64,000 nucleotides of DNA from Longimicrobiales bacterium (GTDB taxonomy: Bacteria > Gemmatimonadota > Gemmatimonadetes > Longimicrobiales > Gaopeijiaceae): contig OZ250165.1 in the NCBI GenBank assembly GCA_965238005.1, positions 288,001 through 352,000 of the forward strand, written 5' to 3'. The notes beneath the pieces were generated by a model that did no database searches, was not told the DNA's origin, and worked only from the letters and a program-made list of their open reading frames with translations. How positions within the stretch are numbered: position 1 is the first letter of the stretch; every line of letters begins with the position of its first letter. The translations under genes were made by a program, and so were the position numbers. Shown piece by piece: positions 41,244 through 51,698 of the stretch.

Positions 41244-42404
41244 ATGGGCAGACACGCCAAGAAACTCACTGCCGCCTTCGTGCGGAGCGTCCGGGAACCG
41301 GGGCTGTATTGGGACGAGCACGGCCTCGTGCTACGGGTCAAGCCGTCCGGCTACAAGCAGTGGAGCCAGCGGCTGTTCATTCACGGCAAGCGCAGGGAGT
41401 TGGGGCTCGGTTCGGTCCGCCTCGTGACGCTGGCCGAGGCCAGGGACGCCGCGCTCGCGAACCGCAAGGTGGCCCGCGCGGGCGGCGATCCGAGGACGAA
41501 GCGGCACAGTTCAGTGCCGACGTTCGAGCGGGCGGCGGCCAAGGTCTTCGCCATGCACCGTCCGACCTGGACCGACAGGCACGCGGGCCAGTGGATGGCG
41601 ACGCTGCGCACCTATGCGTTTCCCGGGATCGGGGGGAAGCGGGTGGACCGGATCGCGCCCGCCGACGTCATGGGGGTGCTGCTTCCGGTCTGGAACGGGA
41701 AGCACCAGACGGCCAAGCGGGTCCGTCAGCGGATTTCGACGGTGATGCGGTGGGCGATCGCGCAGGGCTACCGCGTGGACAACCCCGCGGGCGATGCGAT
41801 CGGCGCCGCGCTGCCGAGGCCTCCGCGCGTCCAGAAGCACTACAAGGCGCTGCCCTACCGGGAAGTGGCCGGGGCGATTGACGCGATCCAGCGATCCGAG
41901 GCAAGGGTGACGGTGCAGCTGGGCTTCGAGTTTCTGGTGCTGACGGCCTGCCGGTCGGGCGAGGTGCGTGGGGCTCGCTGGGAGGAGGTCGACCTGGAGG
42001 GCGGAGTGTGGACGATCCCGGCGGAGCGGATGAAGAGCCGGCGGGAGCACCGGGTGCCGCTGTCGGCGCGGGCGCGGGAGATCCTGGCCGAGGCGAAGGC
42101 GCACGCGCCTCGTTCGGAGTGGGTGTTCCCGTCCGCGCGGGGGCTGGTGCTGCCGAGCTTCGAGTTCGCGGGCCTGCTCAAGGCGCTCGGGATCGCGGCC
42201 GTGCCGCACGGCTTCCGGTCCAGCTTCCGGGACTGGACGGCGGAGCGCACCGACTCGCCGCACGCTGTCATGGAGGCGGCGCTGGCGCACGCTGTCCGCA
42301 ACAGGGTGGAGGCCGCCTACGCCCGCTCGGACCTGTTCGAGCGCCGCCGCGTCCTGATGGAGCAGTGGGCGGGCTACCTGGCTGGCGAGCGTCGACACGC
42401 GTAG
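41244..42404 (+). CDS. P4-like tyrosine integrase with arm-binding domain
   Basis: GKRRELGLG, TACRSGE, MKSRREH, HGFRSSFRDW, LAH, AAYARSD. Confidence 0.95.
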   Translation: MGRHAKKLTAAFVRSVREPGLYWDEHGLVLRVKPSGYKQWSQRLFIHGKRRELGLGSVRLVTLAEARDAALANRKVARAGGDPRTKRHSSVPTFERAAAKVFAMHRPTWTDRHAGQWMATLRTYAFPGIGGKRVDRIAPADVMGVLLPVWNGKHQTAKRVRQRISTVMRWAIAQGYRVDNPAGDAIGAALPRPPRVQKHYKALPYREVAGAIDAIQRSEARVTVQLGFEFLVLTACRSGEVRGARWEEVDLEGGVWTIPAERMKSRREHRVPLSARAREILAEAKAHAPRSEWVFPSARGLVLPSFEFAGLLKALGIAAVPHGFRSSFRDWTAERTDSPHAVMEAALAHAVRNRVEAAYARSDLFERRRVLMEQWAGYLAGERRHA

Positions 42405-42598
42405 GCCGGTGCCCAGCCGCCGAGGGGCGATCCGTTGAGGCCCGATCCGAGGCCGATCCACGGCTGGCTCATGACCCCTTAAGGGTCACGAGCCAGGATA
42501 CCCCGCAGATTGTCACAGATTTGTATGTTTCTGTGACCGTTGAGCTTACGGGATGCGGTGGCCCGGTTCCCTCCGAATGACTCCCTCCGATTGGGATC

Positions 42599-43759
42599 TC
42601 AGGTACGAACCCTCCGGCGGCTCTCCAAGGCCGTCCGAAGCTGTCCCTCATCGGCCTGCTGATAGCACCTCAGCACGGTCTGGGCGCTCTTCCAGCCGCC
42701 AAGCTCGCAGAGCACCTTGAGCGGCAGATCCATCAGGTCCGTCGCAAACTTCCGCCGCAGCGAGTGCCAGCCCCGGCCCGGCTTCGGCTCCAGTCCCGCG
42801 AGGGCTTGCGCCTTCTTCCACCACAGATAGGCGGAAACCCGGCTCATGCACCTCGTGGCATCCCTCGACGACGACAGCACCGGGCCATTCGTGGTCCCCT
42901 GGCTCATCCTTCGCGCTTCTTCCAAGGCGGCGAGCGCCTCGGCGGTCAAGGGCGTGGTGTGTTCGTAGCCCGTCTTCTCGTGCTTCGCCCTTCACCGGAT
43001 GGTCATGCCCTCGAAGTCGATGTCCGACCACCGAAGCTTGCGGATGGCACCGATCCGGTGTCCCGTCTCGTGCGCGAGGACGAGGGCGACGTGGAATCGC
43101 CAGTTTACCGTGCGGGACACCTTCACAAGCGCCCGGTACTCCTCTTCGTTGAGGACGACGCGGGTCGGGTTCTTCTCCCTGGGCTTCCTAAGGCCCTTCA
43201 GCGGGTTCCTGTCGAGGAGCAGCCTTCCTCCTTCGTCCCTCGACCTCGAAGCCCAGTTGAGGACAGCCATGAGGAACGTCAGGTCCCATTCGATCGTCCG
43301 GTTGCCCACGGGCTCGCCCGATAGGCCGACCCTTCCGGCCCGTCGCGCCCGGATGAACCGGTCCCAGTCGCCCTGCGAGAGCGTCACCGGGTCTCGGTCC
43401 CGTCCGAAGAAACGGAGGAACATCGCAGTCGCAACCCGGTCGCGCCGCCGGGTGCGCTCGCCCTTGGTGGGCGTCACCTCCTCACCGTAGATGTCAAAAA
43501 GCGTTCCCAGGGTGAGCGGCTCGGGCTCGGCGTTTTTCTCGCCGTTCAGCTCCGGCCCGGCGAAGCCCGCGGCGAACTCGTCCGCCTGCCGCTTCGCCTG
43601 CGTCCATTCGCGGTGCTTCAGCGACCTGGTGAGCCTGCACCCGTTCTCGCGCCACTCCATCTGGAACAAGCCGGTCTTGGGATCGGGAAAGACCCGGACC
43701 CGGTTCCGGCCCCATTCGCCGGCGCTGTAGCCGCGCCGGCTTCGTTTCGTGCGTGCCAT
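42599..43759 (-). pseudogene. Second tyrosine recombinase, frameshift near 42990
   Basis: ETGHRIGAI, WHSLRR, GGWKS...CYQ in two frames. Confidence 0.85.
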
Positions 43760-44599
43760 CATTCGATTCCTTTTTCGATGATGGACTGCACGATCTGCGC
43801 GTTTGAAACGTCGCGTCGGCGGGGCTTCTCCGCCAGTCGCGGCTCGGCCGGTCCTGCGCCCTGTTCAGCCGCGCGGAAGGCGTTGGCCCGGACCCGAATC
43901 GGTGCGCCCGATGCCGATCCACGAGTGCCCATGGCACTTTGGGGGTGGCCGGACACGAAATCGCGCCTGCGATGGGCACGCCGCCGATTCCGCATGTCGC
44001 TGGCGCGCTTTCGGTTGCGCCACGGCCAGCGAAGCGCGGATGCCGATCCGCGCTCCTTGGACGTGGATGGGAGCGACCCCCCATCTCGGCATGCCTCGAT
44101 CGGCATCGGGAAGGATGGCGATGTGCATCCCCATCCTCCCCTCCGCCGCGGGGTCACTCCCAGCCAGCGATCCTTTGCAGGAAGGCCATGGAGCGCCGCT
44201 TCGAGAAGACGGACTACTGCGCGGGGGAATGCCAAAGGCCGGGCAGCCCGCTCGTCACGGCGTCCGTTGTTGTCGGCCCGTTTTCCCGTGCCGTGCCCGG
44301 GAACGGTGCCGCGAGCGCCGGACGATGCTCCTCGGCTCGACGGACGGGCGGTCGTCGCGCGGATGAATCGCCGCCGTCAAAGCGGCACCCAACCGCCTTC
44401 CCGCAGGGATATTTCGCGGGGAGCGACCCCAGCAGGGGGCGGGGGCGGGCGTGTGAAAGCGCGCACGCCCCCGCCCCCGAACCAGGCCCCTGTGGCCCTG
44501 GGGTCGCTCCCCTCCACGGCCCGAGTGGCCAGTACGCCACGGCCGACCGCGCGGCGGGGCCGCAAGACGTTGCCGCGCCGCCCGATAAGCGGGAAGGCC

Positions 44600-45166
44600 G
44601 GTGTGAATCGCCGAAGCGCCATAGTGTGCATCGACCCCCCGTATCTCATGCACACCCCAATACGGCTCTAAGTCGGGGCGCAGGCTGCCGTCCAACCAAC
44701 TCCGGGCGAACTGCATTCCTTGCCCACCGCTGCCCGCCGTGCTCCGCACGCAACCCCGGTCGGCTGCCATGCCCGCCTCCAACACGGAATGGGGTTTCGT
44801 GACGGCTCGGGCGACGGCGGCCAAGTCGGAGTCCGAACGGCCGGTCGGCCAATCGGTCGGACGATCCACGGCAGGCACTACCGCGTCCGTAGCGATCAAG
44901 TTTCGACGGGCCGGCCGAGCCGCTGCCGCGCGAGAGAGACCTAATGTCATCGTGACCGGGGCTCCGGATGGTGGGCAGCGCCCGGAGCATCCGCTCGATG
45001 ACGACCACGTGGGCGACGACCTCGACTGCCTCGGCCGCCGCCTCATGGCCGACCGGCGCACCAGATCCGACAGCGTCAAGCCTGCCGAGCACGCCTTCGC
45101 GTGCCACTCGACACGCTCCGCCTCGTTGGCGCGGATCTTCACCCAAACGGCGCGCCTAGCGCCCAC
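44600..45166 (-). pseudogene. MobC-like and relaxase remnants
   Basis: WVKIRANEAERVEWHAKACSAGLTLSDLVRRS ribbon-helix-helix; heavily deleted downstream. Confidence 0.5.
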
Positions 45167-45216
45167 GGCGCGCCGTTGCCGTTAGGGGGGTCACAGGGGG
45201 CACAGCCCCCCGCCAG

Positions 45217-45263
45217 CCCCGCTCGGGGACCCGCGAAGCGTGGCCCCAGCGGGTATGCTGCCT
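45217..45263. other. Candidate oriT
   Basis: Hairpin CCCGCT..GGGG..CCCCAGCGGG followed by TATGCTGC (MOBP nic consensus is TATCCTGC), upstream of mobC. Confidence 0.4.
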
Positions 45264-45320
45264 CTCCCGCCTTAGACGCGGCTGACGGGCTCGTCCTCGG
45301 CCGCTGCGAGCGCGCCCGAA

Positions 45321-45623
45321 TCACCGAAGCGGACCGGCCTCGGGCGCCTGCCGACGAGCCCCGAAGGTCTCGGCCTCTCCGCACGCGCCGGCCCGACCGC
45401 CCTCGAACCGGCGCTCGGCGATCCTCTCGCGGATCCACCCGTCCACTTCCGCCTTGACCCAGCCCACGGCGCGCGCGCCCAGAGCGACCGGCCGGGGGAA
45501 TCGCCCCTCGGCCAGCCGCACATAGATCGTGCTCCGCAACAGCCCCGTGCGGCCCTGCACCTCCGGCAGCCGCAGGAAGTGGGTCGGCGGGTTCGTTCTC
45601 TGTTCCATCGGGTTCTCGGTCAT
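45321..45623 (-). CDS. AlpA-family regulator / excisionase
   Basis: FLRLPEVQGRTGLLRSTIY...FPRPVALGARAVGW. Confidence 0.9.
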   Translation of the reverse strand: MTENPMEQRTNPPTHFLRLPEVQGRTGLLRSTIYVRLAEGRFPRPVALGARAVGWVKAEVDGWIRERIAERRFEGGRAGACGEAETFGARRQAPEAGPLR

Positions 45624-45901
45624 CGTCCTGCTCCTTCCTGGCTTCTCTTCTCCCGCTGCATCGGTCTCCGGTGTCGCAGGCGCCGAGGCGGATCCCGCGC
45701 ACCGCAGGACGCCCCGTCATACTCCGAGATGAACGCCAGCACCCGATCCGCCGTCCTCAGCGACGGCGAGCGTCCACGGCTGGTCTGGCGCACCAGGTTC
45801 GGGTCGCCCAACGCCTTCAAGCCGAACGTCGTCGGACTCACGCCCGTGCGCCCGAGGAACGCACTCACCCGTGACTTGAACTGCTGCTCCAGCGTCTCCA
45901 T
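45620..45901 (-). CDS. Small HTH protein
   Basis: TTFGLKALGDPNLV...GRSPSLRTADRV; overlaps the alpA start. Confidence 0.7.
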   Translation of the reverse strand: METLEQQFKSRVSAFLGRTGVSPTTFGLKALGDPNLVRQTSRGRSPSLRTADRVLAFISEYDGASCGARDPPRRLRHRRPMQREKRSQEGAGR

Positions 45902-46228
45902 GCCCCTAACGGTGAAGGCACAAAAACAGGAATGTCAACCATTGGGAAATCTCCCAATTGCTTGTAGTGGCTAGAGATAGCCAGTAAGGCGACTGACCCG
46001 TCCGGTTGCGCCGCCAGCGGCATGGAAGGACGCCCCCGCAGCGCTCGCCGGAGGCCCCGTCAAGCGCATGGAGTTCGACAGGGAGGCCAGCCCGGACACG
46101 GCCCATTTGGCATCGTCCACCCGCAGTGGCGGACTTCGGTTGCGGGGCATCCGGGGGCTTCGAGAGCGTCGCTCCGAGGAGGACGACGTGATATCGATTG
46201 CTCGATTCATGACGCGGAGGGAAAAGCC

Positions 46229-46500
46229 ATGAAGAGTCTGCCCGAGCGGATCATGGAGCACGCCGAGGCCATGCCGGAGGCCACGCCGATCTGCCCGGCC
46301 GCCCTGCTTCACCTCGGCCAAAGGGCCGCAGTGGGTCAGGCGCTCTCTCGCCTGGCCCGTTCAGGCCGGCTCATGCGGATCCGCCAAGGGGTCTACATGC
46401 GCCCGATCGAGTCCCGCTTCGGGCAGTGTGCGCCGGGCATCGAAAAGTCACCCCAAGCGCTTTCGGAGCTCTGGGGCGAGAGGATCGTCCCGAACGCGAT
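46229..46500 (+). pseudogene. AbiEi/DUF6088-like antitoxin N-terminal fragment
   Basis: AVGQALSRLARSGRLMRIRQGVY. Confidence 0.7.
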
Positions 46501-46524
46501 TAGGCCGCTAAGCCCATAACTTGG

Positions 46525-46665
46525 TATTGCGTAGAAAATTTCGCGCTTCAGTAGCTCGTTTCTGAGCGTACCGTTGAAGCTCTCGTTGTAGCCGTTCTCC
46601 CAGGGGCTGCCCGGCTCGATGAATAGCGTCTTCACGCCGAGATCTCCCAGCCAGCTGCGAACCAC
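46525..46665 (-). pseudogene. IS3-family integrase core fragment
   Basis: TLFIEPGSPWENGYNESFNGTLRNELL. Confidence 0.85.
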
Positions 46666-46689
46666 CCGTGAAGGCCGGAGAACACCGGG

Positions 46690-47635
46690 GCGGAGGCGCC
46701 TCGAAGCGCGTTGGCCTAGTCGCGACCAACTCCATCCGGGGTGGAGCGACCCGCAGTGCTTTGGAGAGGGCGACCGGCGGCAGCCCGATCTTCGACGCCT
46801 GGAGCGACGAGCCGTGGGTGATCGATGGCGCGGCCGTGCGCGTCCCGCTGGTGTGTTTCTCGCAGTCGGACGACGAACTCACGCCGGAGCGTCGGCTCGA
46901 CGGCGAGACGGCGGACGACATCTACACCGATCTTACGGCGCGGCGGGGCGGGGCCGGCGTCGATCTGACGAAGGCGCGGCGCCTCGCCCGGAACGCAGGC
47001 GTGGCCTTCATGGGCGACACCAAGGGCGGTCCGTTCGACGTTCCGGGCGACCTCGCCCGCGAGTGGCTTCGAGAGCCCGCGCGAATCCCAACGGTCGGCC
47101 CAACTCGGACGTGCTCGCGCCGTGGATGAACGGTATGGCGATCACCCGCCGCCCCGCCGACAAGTGGATCGTCGATTTCGGCTGGACGATGGAGTCGGAG
47201 GAAGCTGCCCTGTACGAGGCTCCTTTCCAGCACACCCAGGAACACGTCTACCCGATGCGACAGGGAAATCGGCGCGAGTCCTATCGCCTCAACTGGTGGC
47301 GGCACGTCGAGCCGAGGCAGGGCATGTGGAAAGCTCTGGACGGGCTGGCTCGGTACATCGTCACACCCACCGTCGCCAACACCGACTCTTCGCGTGGCTC
47401 GACGCCCGTGTCTGCCCTGACCATCAACTGATCGTCATCGCGCGCGACGACGACACCACGTTCGGGATCCTGCACAGCCGGTTTCACGAGGTGTGGTCAC
47501 TCCGCATGGGCACTTGGCTCGGCAATGGCAACGATCCGCGCTACACCCCCACCACGACCTTCGAGACCTTCCCCTTACCGGAGGGACTCTCACCCGACGT
47601 GCCCGCCAGCGACTGCCTCACGGATCCACGCGCGC
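46690..47635 (+). pseudogene. Type IIG / MmeI-like DNA methyltransferase fragment, frameshifted
   Basis: GLVATNSIRGG, AWSDEPW, WIVDFG, FGILHSRFH, RYTPTTTFETFP. Confidence 0.8.
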
Positions 47636-47643
47636 ACTGCGGT

Positions 47644-48219
47644 TCAACAGGTCACATCGCGGCTCGGGTCTTCCCTGAGCATTACCGTCAGGGCGTCTCG
47701 CTCTGCCGCGTCCACGTACATCCCGTACTTCTGTTTCACCGCGACGATGCGGGCTGCGTACCAGCCGTGATTGTACTGGGGCCGCCACTCGGCTGCATCC
47801 TTGTCGGACTTCTGATTCCGGTTCACGGTCGGTGCCGCAATGGTCAGGTTCAGAATGTCGCCGCCGAACTCTCGGTAGCGGGATCTGGCAAGACCGGATT
47901 CGTATGCTTCGGCTAGCGCCACGATGTGTTCGATGTCCGTGGCGGCGGTGCCATCAGTCCGGATGTCGTACAGGGTGCACGTATACGGTGTGAAGACTTG
48001 CCTGCCGCGCTTTGGCTGGCTGGCTATGATTTCATCCTCCAGGGCGCCGTAGGCCGATCCGAAGGCGTCCCGGTCGTAGCCAGCCCGTGGACCCTCGGGC
48101 TGTACCGTCAGGCCCATCCATGTCGGTGGGGTGCTTGTGAGTCCAGTATTGGGGGCGCAGGCCGTGACTAGAACCAGAACCAGGAATCGGGTCCACCGAG
48201 TCGTGAACGCGCCTATCAT
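47644..48219 (-). CDS. HNH / DUF1524-like nuclease lipoprotein
   Basis: Lipobox VTAC; DIEHIVALAEA, NL...VNR.QKSDKDAAEW. Confidence 0.8.
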   Translation of the reverse strand: MIGAFTTRWTRFLVLVLVTACAPNTGLTSTPPTWMGLTVQPEGPRAGYDRDAFGSAYGALEDEIIASQPKRGRQVFTPYTCTLYDIRTDGTAATDIEHIVALAEAYESGLARSRYREFGGDILNLTIAAPTVNRNQKSDKDAAEWRPQYNHGWYAARIVAVKQKYGMYVDAAERDALTVMLREDPSRDVTC

Positions 48220-48548
48220 GGCTTCCCCTTACCAGTCGTGCTTCAAGGTAGGTCCCACTCGTTGGTCAGCGTCCTCAGTACTCAAGCCCGCTGGCCGCGT
48301 CGCACAGGTCCGAGGAGAGCCTATGCCGTTTGCGAATCAGCCAGTACAAGGCGACCTCCTCCGGCACTCCGTCGTGCGGTTCCATCGTCGCGGCCGATCA
48401 CCCGCCCGCCGAGATGGGTCCGAAAGAGCGTCTCCTCCGGAGCCCCGACGCATCCCTCGAGCGCGGCGTTCCCGGAGTCGCCGTCCCGGAAGGCTGCGAG
48501 CGCGGCCGCCCGGGTCTCGAGCGCGTTCACTTCGGAGAGCGCCGGCCG

Positions 48549-48850
48549 CTAGAACCTGAGCTCCCCCCGGAGGCGCATCGCGTGCTCCGGCCCAAGGTCC
48601 ACACTCTCCCTTCGCCCGAACTCGAGGCCGACGCCGATCGTCCGGTCCGAGCTGAGCTTCAGGCCGAGCCTCGTCTGCCCGGAATCGTCGGCGACGAAGT
48701 AGGGATACCAGAGCGCTCCGCTCCCGAGCCCGTAGCCGACTTCTGCGTCGAGACGTTGCGCGAAGGGCATGCCGCCCCCGCGCACGAGGCCGCTCGCGTT
48801 CTCCAGCGCCCACAGGTTCCGGATGCCGCTCGCCGCCGCTGACCTGCCCC
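48549..48850 (-). pseudogene. Autotransporter-like beta-barrel C-terminal stump
   Basis: RLDAEVGYGL...RGELRF*, similar to the C-terminus at 51699-52400. Confidence 0.65.
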
Positions 48851-48939
48851 CAAGAGCGGTACCACATCCTATGTTAGTCCCAGCACCTGTGGAGGGCCGT
48901 GAAGGACGGGCATCCTCAGGAACCAGGGCGACGGCTTAA

Positions 48940-49236
48940 TCGAGCGCTTCCACCGCACGCTCCTCGACGAGCACTTGAGGGTGAAGGGCCGCACCACCTG
49001 GTACGAGACCGTCGAGGAGATGCAGCAGGACCTCGAGGCGTATCTGGAGACCTACAACCGGAAGCGGCCGCACCGCGGTCGAGCCATGGAGGGCCGCACG
49101 CCCTATCAGGTCTTCAAGGCCGGTCTCACCGACGCCAGGAAGGCCGCCAAGGCCAGCAAGGAGGAGGCTAAGACGAAGGCAGCCTAGACACAGCTCCGGC
49201 GAGGGCCAACTGTCAGGTCATTACCATCTCTGTACA
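48940..49236 (+). mobile_element. IS481-family 3' fragment with terminal IR
   Basis: Near-identical inverted copy of 57106-57400. Confidence 0.9.
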
Positions 49237-49314
49237 GGCTGGCGACGTTATCAACAGGCCCCATCAGTCCCGTATAAGTATTCCAGCCGCCGCCGCTTCG
49301 TGCCAATTACCAAA

Positions 49315-49426
49315 GGGTCATGCCTAGCTGAACCTCTCTGAATGAGGTATAAAGCTACGCATGGCAATGAAAAACAAGTACACAAGGCGTTCAAGGATTT
49401 CTGAGGCCAAGATCCGCGAGATCGTG
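49315..49426 (+). mobile_element. IS1595-family left end and transposase start, truncated
   Basis: Matches 57041-57105 plus 58344-58390. Confidence 0.9.
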
Positions 49427-49530
49427 GAGCGCTCGGTCCGTCGCGGCGAGGGAGATCCCGAGCTCGCCGACACCCTCCGAGAGCAGGTTGAGGAGCCGCA
49501 CCGTGTGAGCGACAGGCCGGTAACGAGCAG

Positions 49531-50970
49531 TCACACCGCCAACCATCCCGGCACGCCGGGGCCGGCCGCGAAACGGCGCGCCACCCGTCTCGGCGAGATC
49601 GCCAAGGCCGCGCCGGAACTCTCCCCCGTCACCTCCGGATCGATCTCCGAGGCAGCCCGTAGGCCCGACTGGAGGGCTCCCTGCATCCACCCCCGCTCCC
49701 CCGAGGCGTGCTCGCCAGCGAAGTGAATGCGGCCCTCGGGCGATGCCAGTTCCGGATGCTCCTCGAACGGCGGATCGTGAGGGGCGAAGGCCGCCCCAAT
49801 CCAAGGCTGGTGCTCCCACGCGAAGTAGGTCCCGCGCTCCGCGACCGCGCTCGAGCCCGGGAAGAAGCCGTCGAAGTGATCGATGAACTCGGGAACGATG
49901 GTGCCGGGCTCCATCGCCGCGACCGTGCGCGCCATGTCTCCGAACATGTAGGACATGAGAAGTCCCCGAGGCCCCTCCTGGTTCCAGGTGGGATGCCAGA
50001 ACTCCCAGAACCCCCCCACTAACGACAATCCCCACCCGTTCAGGCCGTGGCCCTCCCAGATTCGGTCCGCATACTGAACGTAGACACGGGTGACGTCCTC
50101 GTAGGTAAGGGCTTCGAAGGCCGCTCGCTTCTCCTCCGAAAGGGTGGGTTCGAACACGATCTGGTCGATCACGGGGAGGGGGACGGTGCAGATGAGGTAA
50201 CTGCCCTTCAGCTCCTCCGTGGAGGCGCCCGTTCCGTTGGTGACCAGCACCCCGGAGTCCTCCTGGACGACCCTCGTCACTGGCGAGCCATACCGCACAC
50301 GGTCTCCGAGCGCTTCGGCGAACGCCATCGGCAGGACATCGGTCCCTTCCGGCATCTTGACCCACGTATCCCGCCCCCCACTGAGGAACACGTCCGGAGT
50401 CTGCCTGAGGGGATCGTCACCCTGCGCGAGAACGATCAGGTACTCACCTTCCTGGGGATAGAACGGCGATGTCTTGATGCCGAAGTGATCGATGTAGCCG
50501 AGCGTTCGATCGTGGTCGGGTGGGATCCGGGCGGGGCCAGTTTCGGCGATTAGCCCGTCATCGAAGGGTTCGCGAAGTGTCCGCGCCCGGCCACCGGCTT
50601 CGTTTCGTGCTTCCAGGACCCTGACGTTGTGCCCTGCCCGGACCAACTCGTAGGCGGCGACGAGCCCGGACAGACCGGCACCCACCACGATCACGTCGAC
50701 TGACTGCTCTTCGACGTCAGGGCCGTTCCTGCCGTCCCCAATGTCGCTCGGTCCCGTCCCGTCGCTCGGTCCCGTCCCGGTGTCCGAGCAGCCAGTGGAT
50801 CCCAGGGAGAGAGCGGCCAGAGCGCCACCACCCTGGATGAGAAAATTCCGGCGGCTGACAATTCGCGAGGCACCCAGTCGCACGATCCGTGCATCGCCCG
50901 ATCCGGAGGAGGGCAACGGAACAACCCTGGTTATCATTGTCTTTTCCATGTCTTTTCCATGTCGCTTCAT
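49531..50970 (-). CDS. Flavin monoamine / amino-acid oxidase, Tat lipoprotein
   Basis: [37 protein letters not shown]; 18-bp tandem duplication at 50743-50778. Confidence 0.9.
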   Translation of the reverse strand: MKRHGKDMEKTMITRVVPLPSSGSGDARIVRLGASRIVSRRNFLIQGGGALAALSLGSTGCSDTGTGPSDGTGPSDIGDGRNGPDVEEQSVDVIVVGAGLSGLVAAYELVRAGHNVRVLEARNEAGGRARTLREPFDDGLIAETGPARIPPDHDRTLGYIDHFGIKTSPFYPQEGEYLIVLAQGDDPLRQTPDVFLSGGRDTWVKMPEGTDVLPMAFAEALGDRVRYGSPVTRVVQEDSGVLVTNGTGASTEELKGSYLICTVPLPVIDQIVFEPTLSEEKRAAFEALTYEDVTRVYVQYADRIWEGHGLNGWGLSLVGGFWEFWHPTWNQEGPRGLLMSYMFGDMARTVAAMEPGTIVPEFIDHFDGFFPGSSAVAERGTYFAWEHQPWIGAAFAPHDPPFEEHPELASPEGRIHFAGEHASGERGWMQGALQSGLRAASEIDPEVTGESSGAALAISPRRVARRFAAGPGVPGWLAV

Positions 50971-51698
50971 CCGGTTGGAATGAGACTTGCCCGCTGCTTC
51001 GCAGCCCTCACTTGTGACTCCCCAGCAGGAGGAAGGCCCATCTTATCCGATAAGGCCCTCTCCAGATACCTGTCGACAGCAATGAGACAACGGGGAATCA
51101 TAAATTAGTGAGCAGGCTGCGGTGTCGGGCCCGCAGCTGGTGGATTGATCCAGACCTCCGTTGAGAGAGGCTGGGGCTTAGGTGATTCGGGATCTTCAGG
51201 ATCGGGCTCTAGTTCATTAAGGTTAAACGGCGGGCCGAAAACGACACGTCTAAACCTTGTGTACTTTGGCATGATAACCTGCAGATACCGCGTTCATCAC
51301 CTCACCGACCATCCGCTGAGCGGCGATTGATAGTTCCTCATGAAGAGGGAACGCTTTAGCCAATCGGCCGTGTCAACTCCGGCGCGGGTGGGTTCGTGAG
51401 ACGACCCAACTCCTTCCTCAGCTTTCCGAGCGTGGGGTTCCTCGAAGCGCCAAGTGGGTTTCCCACGAAACTGGTGGACATTATTTCCTCGCTGTAGTGG
51501 TCCTGCACGGCTTTCATGGGTATAGGGCGGGTCGATGCGCCGCAATTTTGGACCCGAAGCATTGCTTCGTGACGAAGCGCCGTTCCTTTCCAGGTGTACG
51601 AAGACGCCCGGCGGCATGCGGCGGCGCATGGACTGCCCCCGATCGACCGCAACTCGGCCCGCCGCAGTTGGCTCACAACCCTACCTGTCCGCCGGCGC

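Noticed and set aside
42470..42488. CATGACCC-CTTAA-GGGTCA as an IS1595 circle junction
   Set aside because: Only 6-8 bp match the IRs; a plain palindrome explains it
41244..45901. Prophage
   Set aside because: Integrases and AlpA are present but no structural, terminase or lysis genes
51297..51676. Possible defence-gene fragment
   Set aside because: No recognisable motif; frames broken
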